Positions 19,401-29,312 of a DNA stretch of 64,000 nucleotides are shown in pieces (within the stretch, counting starts at the first letter, position 1; every line of letters starts with the position of its first letter). The stretch covers positions 31,290-95,289 of the IMG/VR virus record IMGVR_UViG_3300031949_000012; one strand, given 5' to 3'. The position numbers were made by a program, and so were the translations under genes. This DNA is from a virus. The notes under the pieces are model-generated. The model was not told the DNA's origin, made no database searches, and saw nothing but the letters and a program-made list of their open reading frames with translations.

Positions 19401-21739
19401 TAGGCAACTCAATTATCCCCGACCTGATCAATGGCATTGTGGCTTTATTTGCCAGCTTGCCCGGTCAGTTAATAGCATCCTTAGCCGGTCTAGGTACAAG
19501 CATTGGCAAAATCTTCATTGATGCGGTGAGTATTCTGCCTGGTCTTTTAGCGCCAATTTTGGAAGGGAAACTGGGTATAGTAGTTCGCGGCGCGGCAGCA
19601 GTCTTTGGTAATCTCAAAACAATTCTTTCTACTATTTTTATGGGCAATATACCAACCGCTATTAACTCATTTGTGAGTAGTTTGGGCGGCGTCTTAACTG
19701 TGGTGCAGAAGTTAGGACCTGCCTTAAATGTGATCACAACGGTCATTGTCAACTGGGCTGATTTTATCCCCAGTTTAGAAAATATTAAGCAGGGGCTTTT
19801 AGCCATCTTTACCGGCCTATCAAGTATCAGCCAGGGACTTTTGAATTTGCTAACTCCGGGCAAGATTTCGGAGGGCTTAACCAATGTCTTGACCGGTATT
19901 ATCTCGATTACAACTGGCGTGACCGATATTATCATTGGCGCAGGTACCGCCGTTGCTACCTTCTTTTTAGACCAGGCGCAAGGATTGGCTGGTTCAGCTG
20001 CCGGATTGCTTGAGTCTATGGGGTTGGAAAGGCTGGCCGAACCGTTCAGGAATGTAGAAACCTTCTTTGGTTTTATGGTGGAGGGTCTAAGCCAAAAAAG
20101 AGATGAATCTATTGTTATCCTGAACGGGCTTTCAACCCAATTCCAAACCATTTTGGGTTTGATGGTTTCCTTTGGAACATCCTGGGGCAATGACCTGGTG
20201 GCCGGGTTTGCCCTAGGCCTGGACAATCTCAGGACACTTTTTGGCGGCGAGAAGCTGGTTGAAATCAAAGACGCCTTTATCTCCGGCCTTTTTCAGATGA
20301 AGGATGAAGCCTTGCAAATTGTGGCCGAGATGGTTACGAAATTCGTGGCCGAGATTGTCAGTATCCCCCAAAAGGTCAAGGAAACTGCCCTGGGTGCAAC
20401 TGAGGGAGCACGTGAGCTGGGATCATCAGTCAGCCGGGGGGTACAAGATGGACTTGGAAATATTGGTTCATTTATCTCTCAGCAGACTGACAGCATTACT
20501 GCCCCGGTTGAAACGGCAACCACTGGAATTATTGGTTTCTTTACCAACATGAAGAATCAATTGGTCGGTAACTCTGTTGTGCCGGACACGGTGACGGCTA
20601 TCGTCACCACCTTTCAAACAATGACGCCACTAGTTTTGGCGGCAGTTGCACCACTGGCTACTAGTCTTGAGACAACTTTCAATCGCATTGGCCTTATCTG
20701 GCGTACTAATGCCCAGGGAATGGTCACAAGTTGGGGAACAGCCATTGGTTCTATCCAGATACTCTCAACCGGGGCTGAGAGGGCCGGGCAAGCATTGGCA
20801 GTAGGGCTCTTGACCGGCAGCGAGAAGGGATTAAAACCGCTTATCAAACTCTTTGAGGACCAGGCCGAAGTCATCCTTGAACCAATGACCTTCATCATAA
20901 CCAGCATTGAAAATCTATGGAAAACGATGGCAACCAATGTTAGTACAGTCATTATCCCAGAGATGGTTCTGTTGGTCTTGACCGGGTTCACCGAGATGAG
21001 TTTCCAACTCACAACCATTATAGCTACAATGGCAACCGGCGTTGAAAATGAAATGACCAACCTGACAAAAGTCTGGATTGAAAAGCTCAACCAGATGAAC
21101 ACCGCCTTGACTGCCTTTGCAAACCTGGCGAAAAGTACATTGGCCACGGTTACAGCTGCAGTGAATAGCCTCAAGAGCGCCCTGAACGCAGCCGAAAACG
21201 CAGCCGAACAATTGGTAGACGTGCTTGAGGAACTACGCGATTTCGAGATGGATAGGCTCGTGGATGCAGTGAACGAGCTGGCCGGGGCGATTGCCACGGC
21301 TAGAGATTATACCGAAACGCTCAAGAATTACATGATCGAAGCCAAAGAAGCAGCCGAAGCCTATCGGGATGCGCTTCAAGCGGCTAATGTGCCGCCGCCT
21401 TCCGGCACGGCCCCACCACCATTCCAGACCGGCGCCTGGAAGATACCACAGGTTATGACTGCCCTGCTGCACCCCGGCGAGATGGTTTTGCCACCCGATG
21501 TAGCCGAGAGCGCCCGGCAGATGTTTGAACTGGCCAGTCGCAGTGGCATTGGCAGCCGGGATTTTAGCATCTCTCAAACGAGGCCGGTAATGGCAAACAA
21601 CACCGTCAACAGCGGCAGTACTGTTGTTATCAATGCCAACTTCCCCGGCGTCACTAACGCCAGGGAGATGCAAGGCATAGATCAATATCTTAATGAATTG
21701 GTAGCGCGAGGCCGCGCTTTTGCGGCGATAGGACAATAG
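13442..21739 (+). CDS. Tape measure protein (2765 aa)
   Basis: Very long Ala/Gly/Leu-rich helical ORF after the chaperone; DMSSFNN/AERTAGSWANQ core; hydrophobic periodic segments. Confidence 0.92.
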   Translation: MAIRSVYEAQIKFELDEEQLDKSLARAAEAARNAAKKISDTLGGVSVSGFGIARGKAGEFGGLQDLSLKEAKLFIGEARGIFRELENVSKEGLLKAFEEIETQTGVSTKAIIATFARMNPEIRQLWVAFKEGGIEEVQRLFDAVVGHSIIPDLIDKIVLEFVKLPDLTKPRITELLDQFQRLDRESTGLVSGAVSKEARQVERELEGLLRRVKAESSLASFKVSIPEIKIPDVKQLFSPLVNQAANAGRQVGDTLKTSIANSFGEISKQAGKVSGFFEFLDPRLLKPVLVDLGQALSELPKAFGQVGKQAGQALAEPLLELSRPVADAARKLGADIGLSLSQGMEVLRTGPSDVLREVTSAVTSFGDATREVFGQVIARTVVPASELMVEVIAEVDSKTAGLQQALRILGEGMKSSLQGGGQIATSALNTAGQAISNFGQQVNSLTTKIGVQAQNTFGAFALGMKQNITQGFSLAASSIAQGATNIGSSLNNVLQQSTQFATIFSRNIKQAQIAVATAAVPAQTFQLPDLRQQIAHLEQQMSRFTSKSGEGFKELNRRFTETRGEVIKLQHEVDQGIINPAVLTTAEKGLQAIGVEIEKLRRVEIGRITGEFNQVGKTADLSAKAIGGFGTAMTLASETGGNKLFALRLALFGVRDVAGPLGGIFNRFGRDLDKVGIAEDKLAQASVKVSQTLAKQTTAMKGQVDDLKRLGQLEGVRVEVFSDLDAQVSRVEKSYKDMITTIESGGKPTAQQLSRIRTEAKQLEIEFQQIRKSGPLPANVLNGLKQLEQRIKSNVPATRFLAATMDHLSGAVDKARAKQSGLSKETETIGRRFSLLRRDTKQAETGLNEVRQSAEKTSGAMRTIGGALNTFKATFLGVFGGNILSGLVFRLRDSIEQLPFTLIKLGSDAEESMSKFATVFEGGGVAGEQFGVQFTELAENTFSRISEFAKKVGRSKFDLAGFAATLQDTFVPLGFASEQAAEMSGALTKLTVDMSSFNNISEPETLRAIQSAIVGNHETMRPYGVIITETTLKLEGLRLGLIAGKQEMSEQQKVMARLSLIIAGNAAAIGDAERTAGSWANQQRQFTSVLKDTGTTLGLTIQQTLAPFLKILVQITQQVGPKVLAFFEGLDAKVRPFMATLADAFGSGNWSQVMDLFAGALETGVNNALTFLEGFIPQAFEWGFNFAVEIANGLIDAASSVIMDAVNYIGELISSFLEGSSPPEQGPLSTIDQWAKGLVDTFSSGFDDADFSFMTDVLGSISDALTKANFDSVKQGLVGLVDEINRTGNFSTESFNALTAQLGEGNEELKKTLELNLELEKARKNVLDVESEVAAAEKAGFVPSALRSKLDAAKKEQSQAEKNIKTQEAFLKFQKLGLDDIQKSSASAGKAAANAAKAGTKAVKEAVDKQLEFIQSGFAREKALLDEKLARGAISYEEYLGELIKLEEKYVDASLEEGLTGNLEEHIANLNKLRAELETLKKTAKEAGKGTGLIPEDLLGKILEPIALPKLDEVSTKITAAFKDIGSTIGANFSDAFEVSVKQKLPEAMGRIGSSILEGLKRIFGRLTSGELTAKEGIIGTLLLGGGAAAALKALAPIGVSLLKILSIAKRFTPVGLALFLVFRNWDKISAALTATWEFLTDIWTKFTGKLGGTEATIRTITGILQNLADVARTIGGNIQELISNILKGEPVSFQDFSNVFDFSGLNLEPIKVVGRAMFDALKEAISERFNTEGLIPKMDPAIAANITGILDKIKQAFADFMKEGELGAELARLFKIISDNVPAALALLGAMVPALLAITNTTGAVTPVIGSLTIGISKFIPIVAAAMVVIRHFGEIWPFVSDALAGVVRVISGAVLVIGGFFKLFSDETRTEGIKQIWQGTADIFTGSVDVMLNAGSALAVFFVNMVGDISGTIANLLTAMGFGPEVTQPFLNVQEAMTHISTAFINTVAQVRVTLQQLNFLISYFLGQVNDFIIGWAQKIYDYLVGNSIIPDLINGIVALFASLPGQLIASLAGLGTSIGKIFIDAVSILPGLLAPILEGKLGIVVRGAAAVFGNLKTILSTIFMGNIPTAINSFVSSLGGVLTVVQKLGPALNVITTVIVNWADFIPSLENIKQGLLAIFTGLSSISQGLLNLLTPGKISEGLTNVLTGIISITTGVTDIIIGAGTAVATFFLDQAQGLAGSAAGLLESMGLERLAEPFRNVETFFGFMVEGLSQKRDESIVILNGLSTQFQTILGLMVSFGTSWGNDLVAGFALGLDNLRTLFGGEKLVEIKDAFISGLFQMKDEALQIVAEMVTKFVAEIVSIPQKVKETALGATEGARELGSSVSRGVQDGLGNIGSFISQQTDSITAPVETATTGIIGFFTNMKNQLVGNSVVPDTVTAIVTTFQTMTPLVLAAVAPLATSLETTFNRIGLIWRTNAQGMVTSWGTAIGSIQILSTGAERAGQALAVGLLTGSEKGLKPLIKLFEDQAEVILEPMTFIITSIENLWKTMATNVSTVIIPEMVLLVLTGFTEMSFQLTTIIATMATGVENEMTNLTKVWIEKLNQMNTALTAFANLAKSTLATVTAAVNSLKSALNAAENAAEQLVDVLEELRDFEMDRLVDAVNELAGAIATARDYTETLKNYMIEAKEAAEAYRDALQAANVPPPSGTAPPPFQTGAWKIPQVMTALLHPGEMVLPPDVAESARQMFELASRSGIGSRDFSISQTRPVMANNTVNSGSTVVINANFPGVTNAREMQGIDQYLNELVARGRAFAAIGQ

Positions 21740-21754
21740 TGAGCTTGTCGAACT

Positions 21755-23158
21755 ATGGCAACTGGAATTTTCAAGATACATCCCAAGAACGGGCCAACGA
21801 TTACGATAGACTATCCCGGCCAGGGCGCTGGGCCTTACTTCTTTATCTTGGCTGACTTCAATGAGGGTAAGCGACAGGAAGTCATCTATTCTTCCGGTAA
21901 AGTGGGTGGCGTGGTGCAAGGGGTCAATTCAGGCCTGGTCGAGATAGAGGTAGTTATTCAGGTAGCCGGAAATTCTGAGGCAGAATGTTCGTCCTTAGTT
22001 CGGCCACTCATGTACGCCCTGGGCGACAAGGATGGCGGCACGATTGAATACAAGCCGGTGGAGTATGCCGATAACGTCTTGCATACCTACTACACCTACT
22101 TACAAGCCCCACCGCCAACAATCTACGCTGCTAAAACTACGGTTTCGGACAGCGACTATAAGCTGGGCGTAGCCTATCAATTCAAGATTAAGACGAAAGC
22201 CTGGGCGACAAGCGATCCGGCAAACCCGGTTGCAATTACCTCTGGATCAATAAGCGATGCTAATTCAAATTCGGTTACTGTTCTTTCAAGTGCATTAAAG
22301 GGAGACATTACCTTTCCGAATTTTACGATTACGCCTACTTTGGATTTGCCAAGTGGACAACACGCTAAAGCCGTTTTGTTTTATACACGTGAAAGTGATG
22401 GCGCAGCAAACCGAGAGGTTATGGATGGTACAGATTTTACCGGGCCAAATTCGTCAGACGGAAGCAACTATAAACTTATTACTGATGATACAATTCTAAC
22501 AGCGCCAATTACATCAGGGTTGAATAAGTTATATTTTGGTTGGGTTACACCTATACTTGATATATCAAGAAATAGTGCTGGATCACCTGGGCAAACCGTT
22601 GAGGTACGAGTTGGTATTCAAAGCGATAGCATGACCGATGTTATTGAATGGTCCTCTCCTATAAAAATTGTAATACCTGGGGATGCTGATAAAAAAGTAT
22701 ATTTTATCCCAGAGATACCATTTCCTCCCATATATCTTGGCTCCGACTTATACATCTCTGGTATTCTTGATGCCTTGAATATTAAAGTTCAATTTACTCT
22801 GGGAAACTCCGACCCAATTCGGTGGTATTTCATGGGATTACTAAAAGCCGACGAGTATATAACCATGATCAAGGATCATCCATCTGGCCCTGGTCTTATT
22901 AGTCCAAATCATATCAAAGTCAGTTCGCACGACGAAAGCGTTAATTGTTTTAACACCGATGACGCTATTATTTCTCCCTGGCATATAAGCGGGACACCTT
23001 TATCTGAATTTATTATTTCGTCTAATAGATCGACCTCATTGAAGTTTTATCGGTTGAGAATTACGAATGAAGAATATCTTCTAATGGGAAGTGGAAGTAT
23101 TTTTGGGGTCGTCGTTACAGGTGTTTTCGGAACAATCTATCCTTTTGATGAAGCGTAA
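21755..23158 (+). CDS. Putative distal tail protein (Dit-like)
   Basis: Immediately follows tape measure; beta-rich. Confidence 0.55.
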   Translation: MATGIFKIHPKNGPTITIDYPGQGAGPYFFILADFNEGKRQEVIYSSGKVGGVVQGVNSGLVEIEVVIQVAGNSEAECSSLVRPLMYALGDKDGGTIEYKPVEYADNVLHTYYTYLQAPPPTIYAAKTTVSDSDYKLGVAYQFKIKTKAWATSDPANPVAITSGSISDANSNSVTVLSSALKGDITFPNFTITPTLDLPSGQHAKAVLFYTRESDGAANREVMDGTDFTGPNSSDGSNYKLITDDTILTAPITSGLNKLYFGWVTPILDISRNSAGSPGQTVEVRVGIQSDSMTDVIEWSSPIKIVIPGDADKKVYFIPEIPFPPIYLGSDLYISGILDALNIKVQFTLGNSDPIRWYFMGLLKADEYITMIKDHPSGPGLISPNHIKVSSHDESVNCFNTDDAIISPWHISGTPLSEFIISSNRSTSLKFYRLRITNEEYLLMGSGSIFGVVVTGVFGTIYPFDEA

Positions 23159-25416
23159 TGATAAACATTGAAATCGAAACAATTGATGGTACACCCTATA
23201 ATCTCAAACTAGAGGAGCTAACTGCTCTCTCCTGGTCATCGCACTATGGCGCCGAGGGCGGCGGCTTCGGCTACTGCCGCCTGACCCTGGCTCGTCAAAT
23301 TGGGCGCAACTACCCCGACATCGGCTACAACTATCGCCTCAAAATCAGGAAGTACCTGGCGACTATTCTCTTTGATGGGCAGATGCGTCAGATCGAAGAA
23401 GTTTCATCGGCTCAGGGAGATACCATCACCATCACTGCATTGGGATGGGTAAATGTAGCCGAGGACGAGGAGATTTTCAAGATATATTGTGACGGGCGTT
23501 TGAGCAAATGGCATCCTCATTCTGAAACGCCTACTGTCTTATTCAGGCCAGATTTATTTGCTACCGGAATCAATAAAGTTGGTTTTTATATTAACCCAGG
23601 CACCAGTGAAATTCTGACCAATGGATATACGGATGTAGTTTATACCTTTGAACCTGACGAAGAAATTGCTAGACGTTTCAAGGGAAAAATTTCTTCATCA
23701 TTGGGATTTGGGGTTTTAAGCGATGGCGATATAGCTGCAATTGTCAATGGCACAACCATTGATGCAGCTATGGATGTCACTCTGGCTTTTACATTCACCA
23801 ATAGAATTTTATGGAATTTAACCAAGAACGAAAGCCGGATTATTCTAAGTGTTTCCGCTCCGGGCGTCGGTTCACATCGTTTTGGATTAGATGCTGATAT
23901 TTCCTCTTGGCTTATTGGGGATGATTTAGGTGTATTTGGTCCATTTTGGCAAGCTCAAATACAAAATATCGTTAATGATATTATTACCTTTTTTAATGTT
24001 GTTGGTTCGATTGCTTCGCCGGGTAATTATCCAATATATAACCTGACAAAAAAATCAGTTGCAACTGTTTTGGTAAATAATGGCAGCTCGGTCCAAATGA
24101 GCGATGTAGCCGACATTTCGGATTGGCAAATAGATGATTTTATTTATATCGGCTCCCATTTATTTTATGCCTTTGTTGTAAGCGCAAATTCTGGCACCGG
24201 AGAATGTGTTTTTGCCAGTGGCGTCGGAGAAAGAATTGTTTCATCCTCAATAGATTGGGTCGTTTATAATCAAGACAAAAATCTGGTCGCAACAATTGCG
24301 AGTTGGGATATACCTAACAGCAAATTCTTCGTTACTGTCCCAGCCGATTTAACTGGTTGGGCTAACCTTGATTTTATTGTTATTACTTCCCCTTATGCCA
24401 TAAGGGTACTGGACAGCAATGATATTCCCTTATGGCCTACAGATTGGCGATTTGGAACTGTTCGACAATACAAAACAGATTTATCCCTATTAACTAGTGG
24501 GACGCCTAATGGCTTAAAAATTACCTACACCTCCTATATAGCCGGTACTGGCAATGATAGTTTTTTTGTTATATTTGAAAATCTTTCCGCTTGCTCGACA
24601 ATCGAAAACCCAACCCCTGACTTTCTTGGCCGAGAAGTAGTAACAACTCTTTCGTTACCGGGTCACAATCTTAACAGTAACACTTCGGCAATTGAGGATT
24701 TGTCGGCTCGCGTTTATGAGCCTATGGTTTTTGAGTTCAAAACCCTAAAAGACGCCTTAACTGAAGTCTGCGAATCGGGCGACGAAAATCTGGACCCAAT
24801 AGCCTGGGGTGTTAAGTTGGACGATACCAAAACCTTCTATATGGAACGCCAAGACAGAACGACCGTCTCATACATCATCAGAAGAACTGGCGGGGCATCT
24901 ATCAGTTCGGCCGGCGACTTTCAAGAAACGGTGCAAAAAGTTAGGGGCGTATGGACTGACATATTAGGAAATCAGAAATTTACTACCTGGTACACATATA
25001 TTCCTACCTTTACGGTAGACCCTGACCAACCATATCGGGCCAGATATGTCAAATTAGATAATATCTTAACGATGACCGACGCCAATAATTGGGTGCAGGT
25101 ATATCTTGAGGACAACCAAAAACCGGCACCAAAAACGGGTTATCAACTTCAGGGCGGGGCAATTTTTACGCCTTATGGCGTCCCTATTCCATTTGACCAG
25201 GTTAAAGCCACCGGTCGGATGTTGGAAATAGAGGACTGGCGCAACATCGAATCGTCCAGTCTTGGTCAGGCTCTATCAAATTCTTGGGCCAAAGAACAAA
25301 TCATAGCCGTCGAGGTGGATTACTTTAGTCAGTCTATCACCCTTACCCCAGGCGGAGCCAAGAAAACATTCGATAAGTATATGGCCGAATTAGCGCGATT
25401 GGCGAGTGTATCATAA
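23158..25416 (+). CDS. Putative tail tip/hub protein (Tal-like)
   Basis: GGFGYCRL, ILFDGQM, ITALGW segments; position. Confidence 0.55.
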   Translation: MINIEIETIDGTPYNLKLEELTALSWSSHYGAEGGGFGYCRLTLARQIGRNYPDIGYNYRLKIRKYLATILFDGQMRQIEEVSSAQGDTITITALGWVNVAEDEEIFKIYCDGRLSKWHPHSETPTVLFRPDLFATGINKVGFYINPGTSEILTNGYTDVVYTFEPDEEIARRFKGKISSSLGFGVLSDGDIAAIVNGTTIDAAMDVTLAFTFTNRILWNLTKNESRIILSVSAPGVGSHRFGLDADISSWLIGDDLGVFGPFWQAQIQNIVNDIITFFNVVGSIASPGNYPIYNLTKKSVATVLVNNGSSVQMSDVADISDWQIDDFIYIGSHLFYAFVVSANSGTGECVFASGVGERIVSSSIDWVVYNQDKNLVATIASWDIPNSKFFVTVPADLTGWANLDFIVITSPYAIRVLDSNDIPLWPTDWRFGTVRQYKTDLSLLTSGTPNGLKITYTSYIAGTGNDSFFVIFENLSACSTIENPTPDFLGREVVTTLSLPGHNLNSNTSAIEDLSARVYEPMVFEFKTLKDALTEVCESGDENLDPIAWGVKLDDTKTFYMERQDRTTVSYIIRRTGGASISSAGDFQETVQKVRGVWTDILGNQKFTTWYTYIPTFTVDPDQPYRARYVKLDNILTMTDANNWVQVYLEDNQKPAPKTGYQLQGGAIFTPYGVPIPFDQVKATGRMLEIEDWRNIESSSLGQALSNSWAKEQIIAVEVDYFSQSITLTPGGAKKTFDKYMAELARLASVS

Positions 25417-28400
25417 TGACCATCAACACAATTGCAGAAGCGGATCGAGAGATGAAACGCCTGGGCCTTAAACTGGGCGATTTATTCACTGAGACACGTT
25501 TGCTACGTGAGCGAACAAATTACATTGTTGGCGGCGCAGCAGCCGGTGCATTGCAATACGGTGGCAGTATTTTGACATCTCACAATATTATTGGCAATAA
25601 ACACTTTGGCACCGGCGCAAACTTCGACCTGGTTGGCTTTACCGCATCCAATATCTTAGGTATTATCACCCCTTCGGCGGATCCGCTCACTACCTCAAAG
25701 GTACTCAAAACCGATGCCACTGGCCTCCTGATCCTTGACGAGCTCAAGATTACTGATGTTCTCTATGGCCCACAGAATAAAGTCTACTCCTTTATGGACT
25801 TTGACCAGGGTGGGGCGATAGCAATTTCCAGTATCGCCAATATTCTGCTTACCCTGAACGCCGATGCAACCGGTATTGGCACGCTGTTCAAGATTGATCA
25901 TATCACCGGCGGCGGCCCGGTGGATTTGCTGACTATTTCCAGCACCGTCAATATCTTGCACGTCGAGTCGCGTCTTTACAATGCCAGCGATTTAATCCTT
26001 TACTCCGACGTTGGCATAACTGAGAGAGGCCGTTGGGATGGCGCAACCGGAAACATCACTATCAATGACCTGACGATGACCGCTTCTAAGTCGGCCAATT
26101 TGTTCCTGGGCAGCCCTTCCGGGGGGGCGGGGGTACCGGCTTTTCGGGCTATTGCTACCGGCGATTTGCCGGCTCACGTTTTGGCTACTACTGCCGGTTT
26201 AGGCGCGCAGCATACGACCTCTGGGCTTGCCGCCGGTCAGGTACTACGGGCGACCGGAGCCACAACCGCCGCTTTCCAGGCTTTACAAGCCACGGACTTG
26301 GCCGTTCACGCTCTGGTTGGCGCACAGCACAGCGCTGCGGGGTTGACTATCGGTCACGTCGTTAGAGCGACTGGCGCGACGACTTTTGCCTGGCAGCAGC
26401 TTCAACATACCGACGTGGGGGGCGTGGGGGGCGACCAGCATCACGCCCAGGTACACGTGTTGGCGACCACAGCCGGCCTTGGCGCAGACCATACGACCTC
26501 CGGGCTCACGGTTGGCCAGGTGCTTAGAGCAAGCGGCGCAACTACGGCTGCTTTCGCTCAGTTACAGCATAGCGACCTGGGAGGAGTAACGGCGGATCAA
26601 CATCACGCCCGTTCTCATACTATGTCAAGCTCGGCCGACCATACGGCAACGGCCTGGCGACTGTTCTATAGTAGCGACACCGGCGTTGTAACCGAATTTG
26701 CGCTGGGTGCATCAGGTTTATTTCTTAAAACCAATGGCGCAGCCGCAGCACCAACTTGGGATACGCCTACAATCGCTACACACGTTTTGGCCACTACTGC
26801 CGGTTTGGGGGCGCAACATACTACATCCGGTCTGACTGCCGGGCAAGTTCTTCGGGCCACCAGTGCGACCACAGCCGCTTTTGCCTCCTTGGTTGCCGGC
26901 GACTTACCAGCTCACGCTCTGGTGGGGGCGCAGCACAACGCCTCTGGCCTGACCATTGGAAATGTTGTCCGGGCTACTGGGGCGACAACTTTTGCCTGGG
27001 CGCAATTGCAGCATACGGATTTGGGCGGAGTTGGGGCGGATCAACATCATGCTCAGAGCCATATATTGGCAAACACTTCTGGTCTTGGCGTAGACCATAC
27101 AACTTCAGGACTTACTGTCGGTCAAGTATTGAGAGCGACTGGGGCGACTACTGCCGCGTTCCAAGCGTTACAAGCGACTGACCTGGCCGTACATAGCATC
27201 ACCGGCGCACAACATACGGGTACCGGCGCAGCTTTTGACGTGATAGGCTTTACCGCAGTAAATGTCTTAGGCATTCTGACGCCTTCCAGTGCTCCAGCTG
27301 CAACCGAAGCACTATTGAAAACTAATACCAGTGGGGGTTTAACCCTGGTCAACCTGGCTGCAACAGGCAAAGTTTTTGGCCCCAATTCATCCACGAATAC
27401 CTACGTGGACTTTGATGACGACACAGTTTTGGCTGATTCTGTTACACTCGCCTCCCAGGCCAGCCTTTTCTTTATTATTGACTCGAACTCAAGTGGGATA
27501 GACGCTAAATTTTCTGTCCGCAACAACGGCGTTACGCCGGTGCTGGGCACAGAACTTTTTGCCATAGATGAAAGCGGCATCATTACTATGACCGCCCTGG
27601 CAACCATAGATAGTATGGACCCCAGCGTTCACATTGCCGATGCTAACGCTCATCATACTCGCTCCCATGCGGTAGCTTCAGCCAGTGACCATACCGCTAC
27701 CGCCTGGCGACTATTCTATGCTGCTGCCGCTGGGGCAGTTACAGAACTGGCCCTGGGCTCATCCGGTCTGGCTTTGCTTTCAGGAGGTGCTTCATCGGCC
27801 CCAACCTGGGGAGCGCCTACGCCAGCCGCGCACTCGATTATCGGCGCACAGCATACCGGGGTTGGTGCAGCATTAGACGTAGTTGGTTTCACGGCTACTA
27901 ATGTTCTTGGTGTACTCACCCCCTCATTCAATCCTGGCGCAGCTTCGGCTTTACTCAAAAGCAGCACTTCCGGGCAATTGATTTTAACCGCACTTGGTAT
28001 TGGCGGCGCACCGGAGGCAAATTCTCACATCCATGTGCAATCAACCGGGGCGGTTAAGTTAATCCTTGACGCAGATACCGACAATGTAACCGAAACGGAT
28101 CATCCCTCACTTGAGTTCCGGCAAGACGGGGGAGCCGTGGTGGGACAACTTGGTTATTTCAGTGGTGGTAATGACCTGACGGTTAAATCGAATTATACCA
28201 CCGGAGATTTGGATTTAATCAGCAACCGGGATGTATATGTGCTGATTGATGCCAACAATGATGGCACAACCGGCAAATTTGCGATTGGAAAAGACGCCTC
28301 CTCGCCGGGTGCGGCTACAGAACTTTTCGCTTTAGCTGAAAATGGAAAAACAACCTTTTTGGCTCCTGAAGTAGCGCATGGCATGACCGATCATGCGGCT

Positions 28401-29039
28401 ACTAATGTTTATGCTCTATTGGAGAAAGATCAGGGAGGTGCGGTCGGCGGATTTAGCATTGTAGGGTTTACCGAATCTACGATTGGCCTGTCCCTATCTG
28501 GGTTTGCAATAGTCGAAGATATAACTGAAACAACATCCTCCACAGGCGCAATCACCGCAATCGGTCGGCTGAAATCCGGGGCGGGGGCCGGGGCGATGAC
28601 CGCCGGAGCCAATGTATTTGCAATAAAAAACTATAACACTGCTCTACTTTTACTTAAGGGAAATGGAAATTTAATTGTTGGGCCAGGCGGCGGCAATATC
28701 GGTGTAAACATCGATCCGCTAGCTCGTCTGCATACTTACAATGCTATTGGCGGCACGCTTCATAACTGGGTATATGATGGCCTTAGCGGAACAACCCAAA
28801 CCATTATTCCAGATGGCACTGGCGATGTGCTCTATGGCTGTCGTATCAATGTCGTTTTGCGAGATTCGGCCGGCAATTTCACGAGCGGCGTTCTAAGTAT
28901 TGCCAATGGTGCAACTGTAAATATCACCGTTGGCGCAAATACCGTCGCCTTTGGCGTTTTGGCAAATGGGTCTTTAATCGTAGACCGCTCCATCGGTACA
29001 GATACAATAAAAATAAATCTTGAGGCTATCTGGTTATAG
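25416..29039 (+). CDS. Tail fibre with His-containing repeats
   Basis: Repeated HVLATTAGLGAQHTTSGLxxGQVLRATGATTAAF and QHxDLGGVxADQHH units. Confidence 0.75.
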   Translation: MTINTIAEADREMKRLGLKLGDLFTETRLLRERTNYIVGGAAAGALQYGGSILTSHNIIGNKHFGTGANFDLVGFTASNILGIITPSADPLTTSKVLKTDATGLLILDELKITDVLYGPQNKVYSFMDFDQGGAIAISSIANILLTLNADATGIGTLFKIDHITGGGPVDLLTISSTVNILHVESRLYNASDLILYSDVGITERGRWDGATGNITINDLTMTASKSANLFLGSPSGGAGVPAFRAIATGDLPAHVLATTAGLGAQHTTSGLAAGQVLRATGATTAAFQALQATDLAVHALVGAQHSAAGLTIGHVVRATGATTFAWQQLQHTDVGGVGGDQHHAQVHVLATTAGLGADHTTSGLTVGQVLRASGATTAAFAQLQHSDLGGVTADQHHARSHTMSSSADHTATAWRLFYSSDTGVVTEFALGASGLFLKTNGAAAAPTWDTPTIATHVLATTAGLGAQHTTSGLTAGQVLRATSATTAAFASLVAGDLPAHALVGAQHNASGLTIGNVVRATGATTFAWAQLQHTDLGGVGADQHHAQSHILANTSGLGVDHTTSGLTVGQVLRATGATTAAFQALQATDLAVHSITGAQHTGTGAAFDVIGFTAVNVLGILTPSSAPAATEALLKTNTSGGLTLVNLAATGKVFGPNSSTNTYVDFDDDTVLADSVTLASQASLFFIIDSNSSGIDAKFSVRNNGVTPVLGTELFAIDESGIITMTALATIDSMDPSVHIADANAHHTRSHAVASASDHTATAWRLFYAAAAGAVTELALGSSGLALLSGGASSAPTWGAPTPAAHSIIGAQHTGVGAALDVVGFTATNVLGVLTPSFNPGAASALLKSSTSGQLILTALGIGGAPEANSHIHVQSTGAVKLILDADTDNVTETDHPSLEFRQDGGAVVGQLGYFSGGNDLTVKSNYTTGDLDLISNRDVYVLIDANNDGTTGKFAIGKDASSPGAATELFALAENGKTTFLAPEVAHGMTDHAATNVYALLEKDQGGAVGGFSIVGFTESTIGLSLSGFAIVEDITETTSSTGAITAIGRLKSGAGAGAMTAGANVFAIKNYNTALLLLKGNGNLIVGPGGGNIGVNIDPLARLHTYNAIGGTLHNWVYDGLSGTTQTIIPDGTGDVLYGCRINVVLRDSAGNFTSGVLSIANGATVNITVGANTVAFGVLANGSLIVDRSIGTDTIKINLEAIWL

Positions 29040-29051
29040 AAAGGAAACTTT

Positions 29052-29300
29052 ATGCTTACTCACGAAGAAATCGAGGAAACCGTTACCGAACTGAAAACGG
29101 CTAAAGAACAATTGATGGCGCAGCTAAACTTTGTCGAAGGACAGCTTAGGGCTTACCAGTTGGTTCTTAGCGGTAAGCCGAAACCGGTTGAGGCTTCGAC
29201 CCTTCCACAAGGTCAGGGCTCAGCCGATCCGGTCGAAGCCAACGGGCAAACGCCGGCCAAGAAATCCAAAGAGGCGGTTCCGGCCGACCAAATTAGATAA
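29052..29300 (+). CDS. Small coiled-coil protein
   Basis: RBS AAGGA; follows tail fibre. Confidence 0.6.
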   Translation: MLTHEEIEETVTELKTAKEQLMAQLNFVEGQLRAYQLVLSGKPKPVEASTLPQGQGSADPVEANGQTPAKKSKEAVPADQIR

Positions 29301-29312
29301 GGAGAATAGATT

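Noticed and set aside
13459-21919. Many minus-strand ORFs within the tape measure and other long genes
   Set aside because: Antisense shadows of long coding frames; no RBS or motif support
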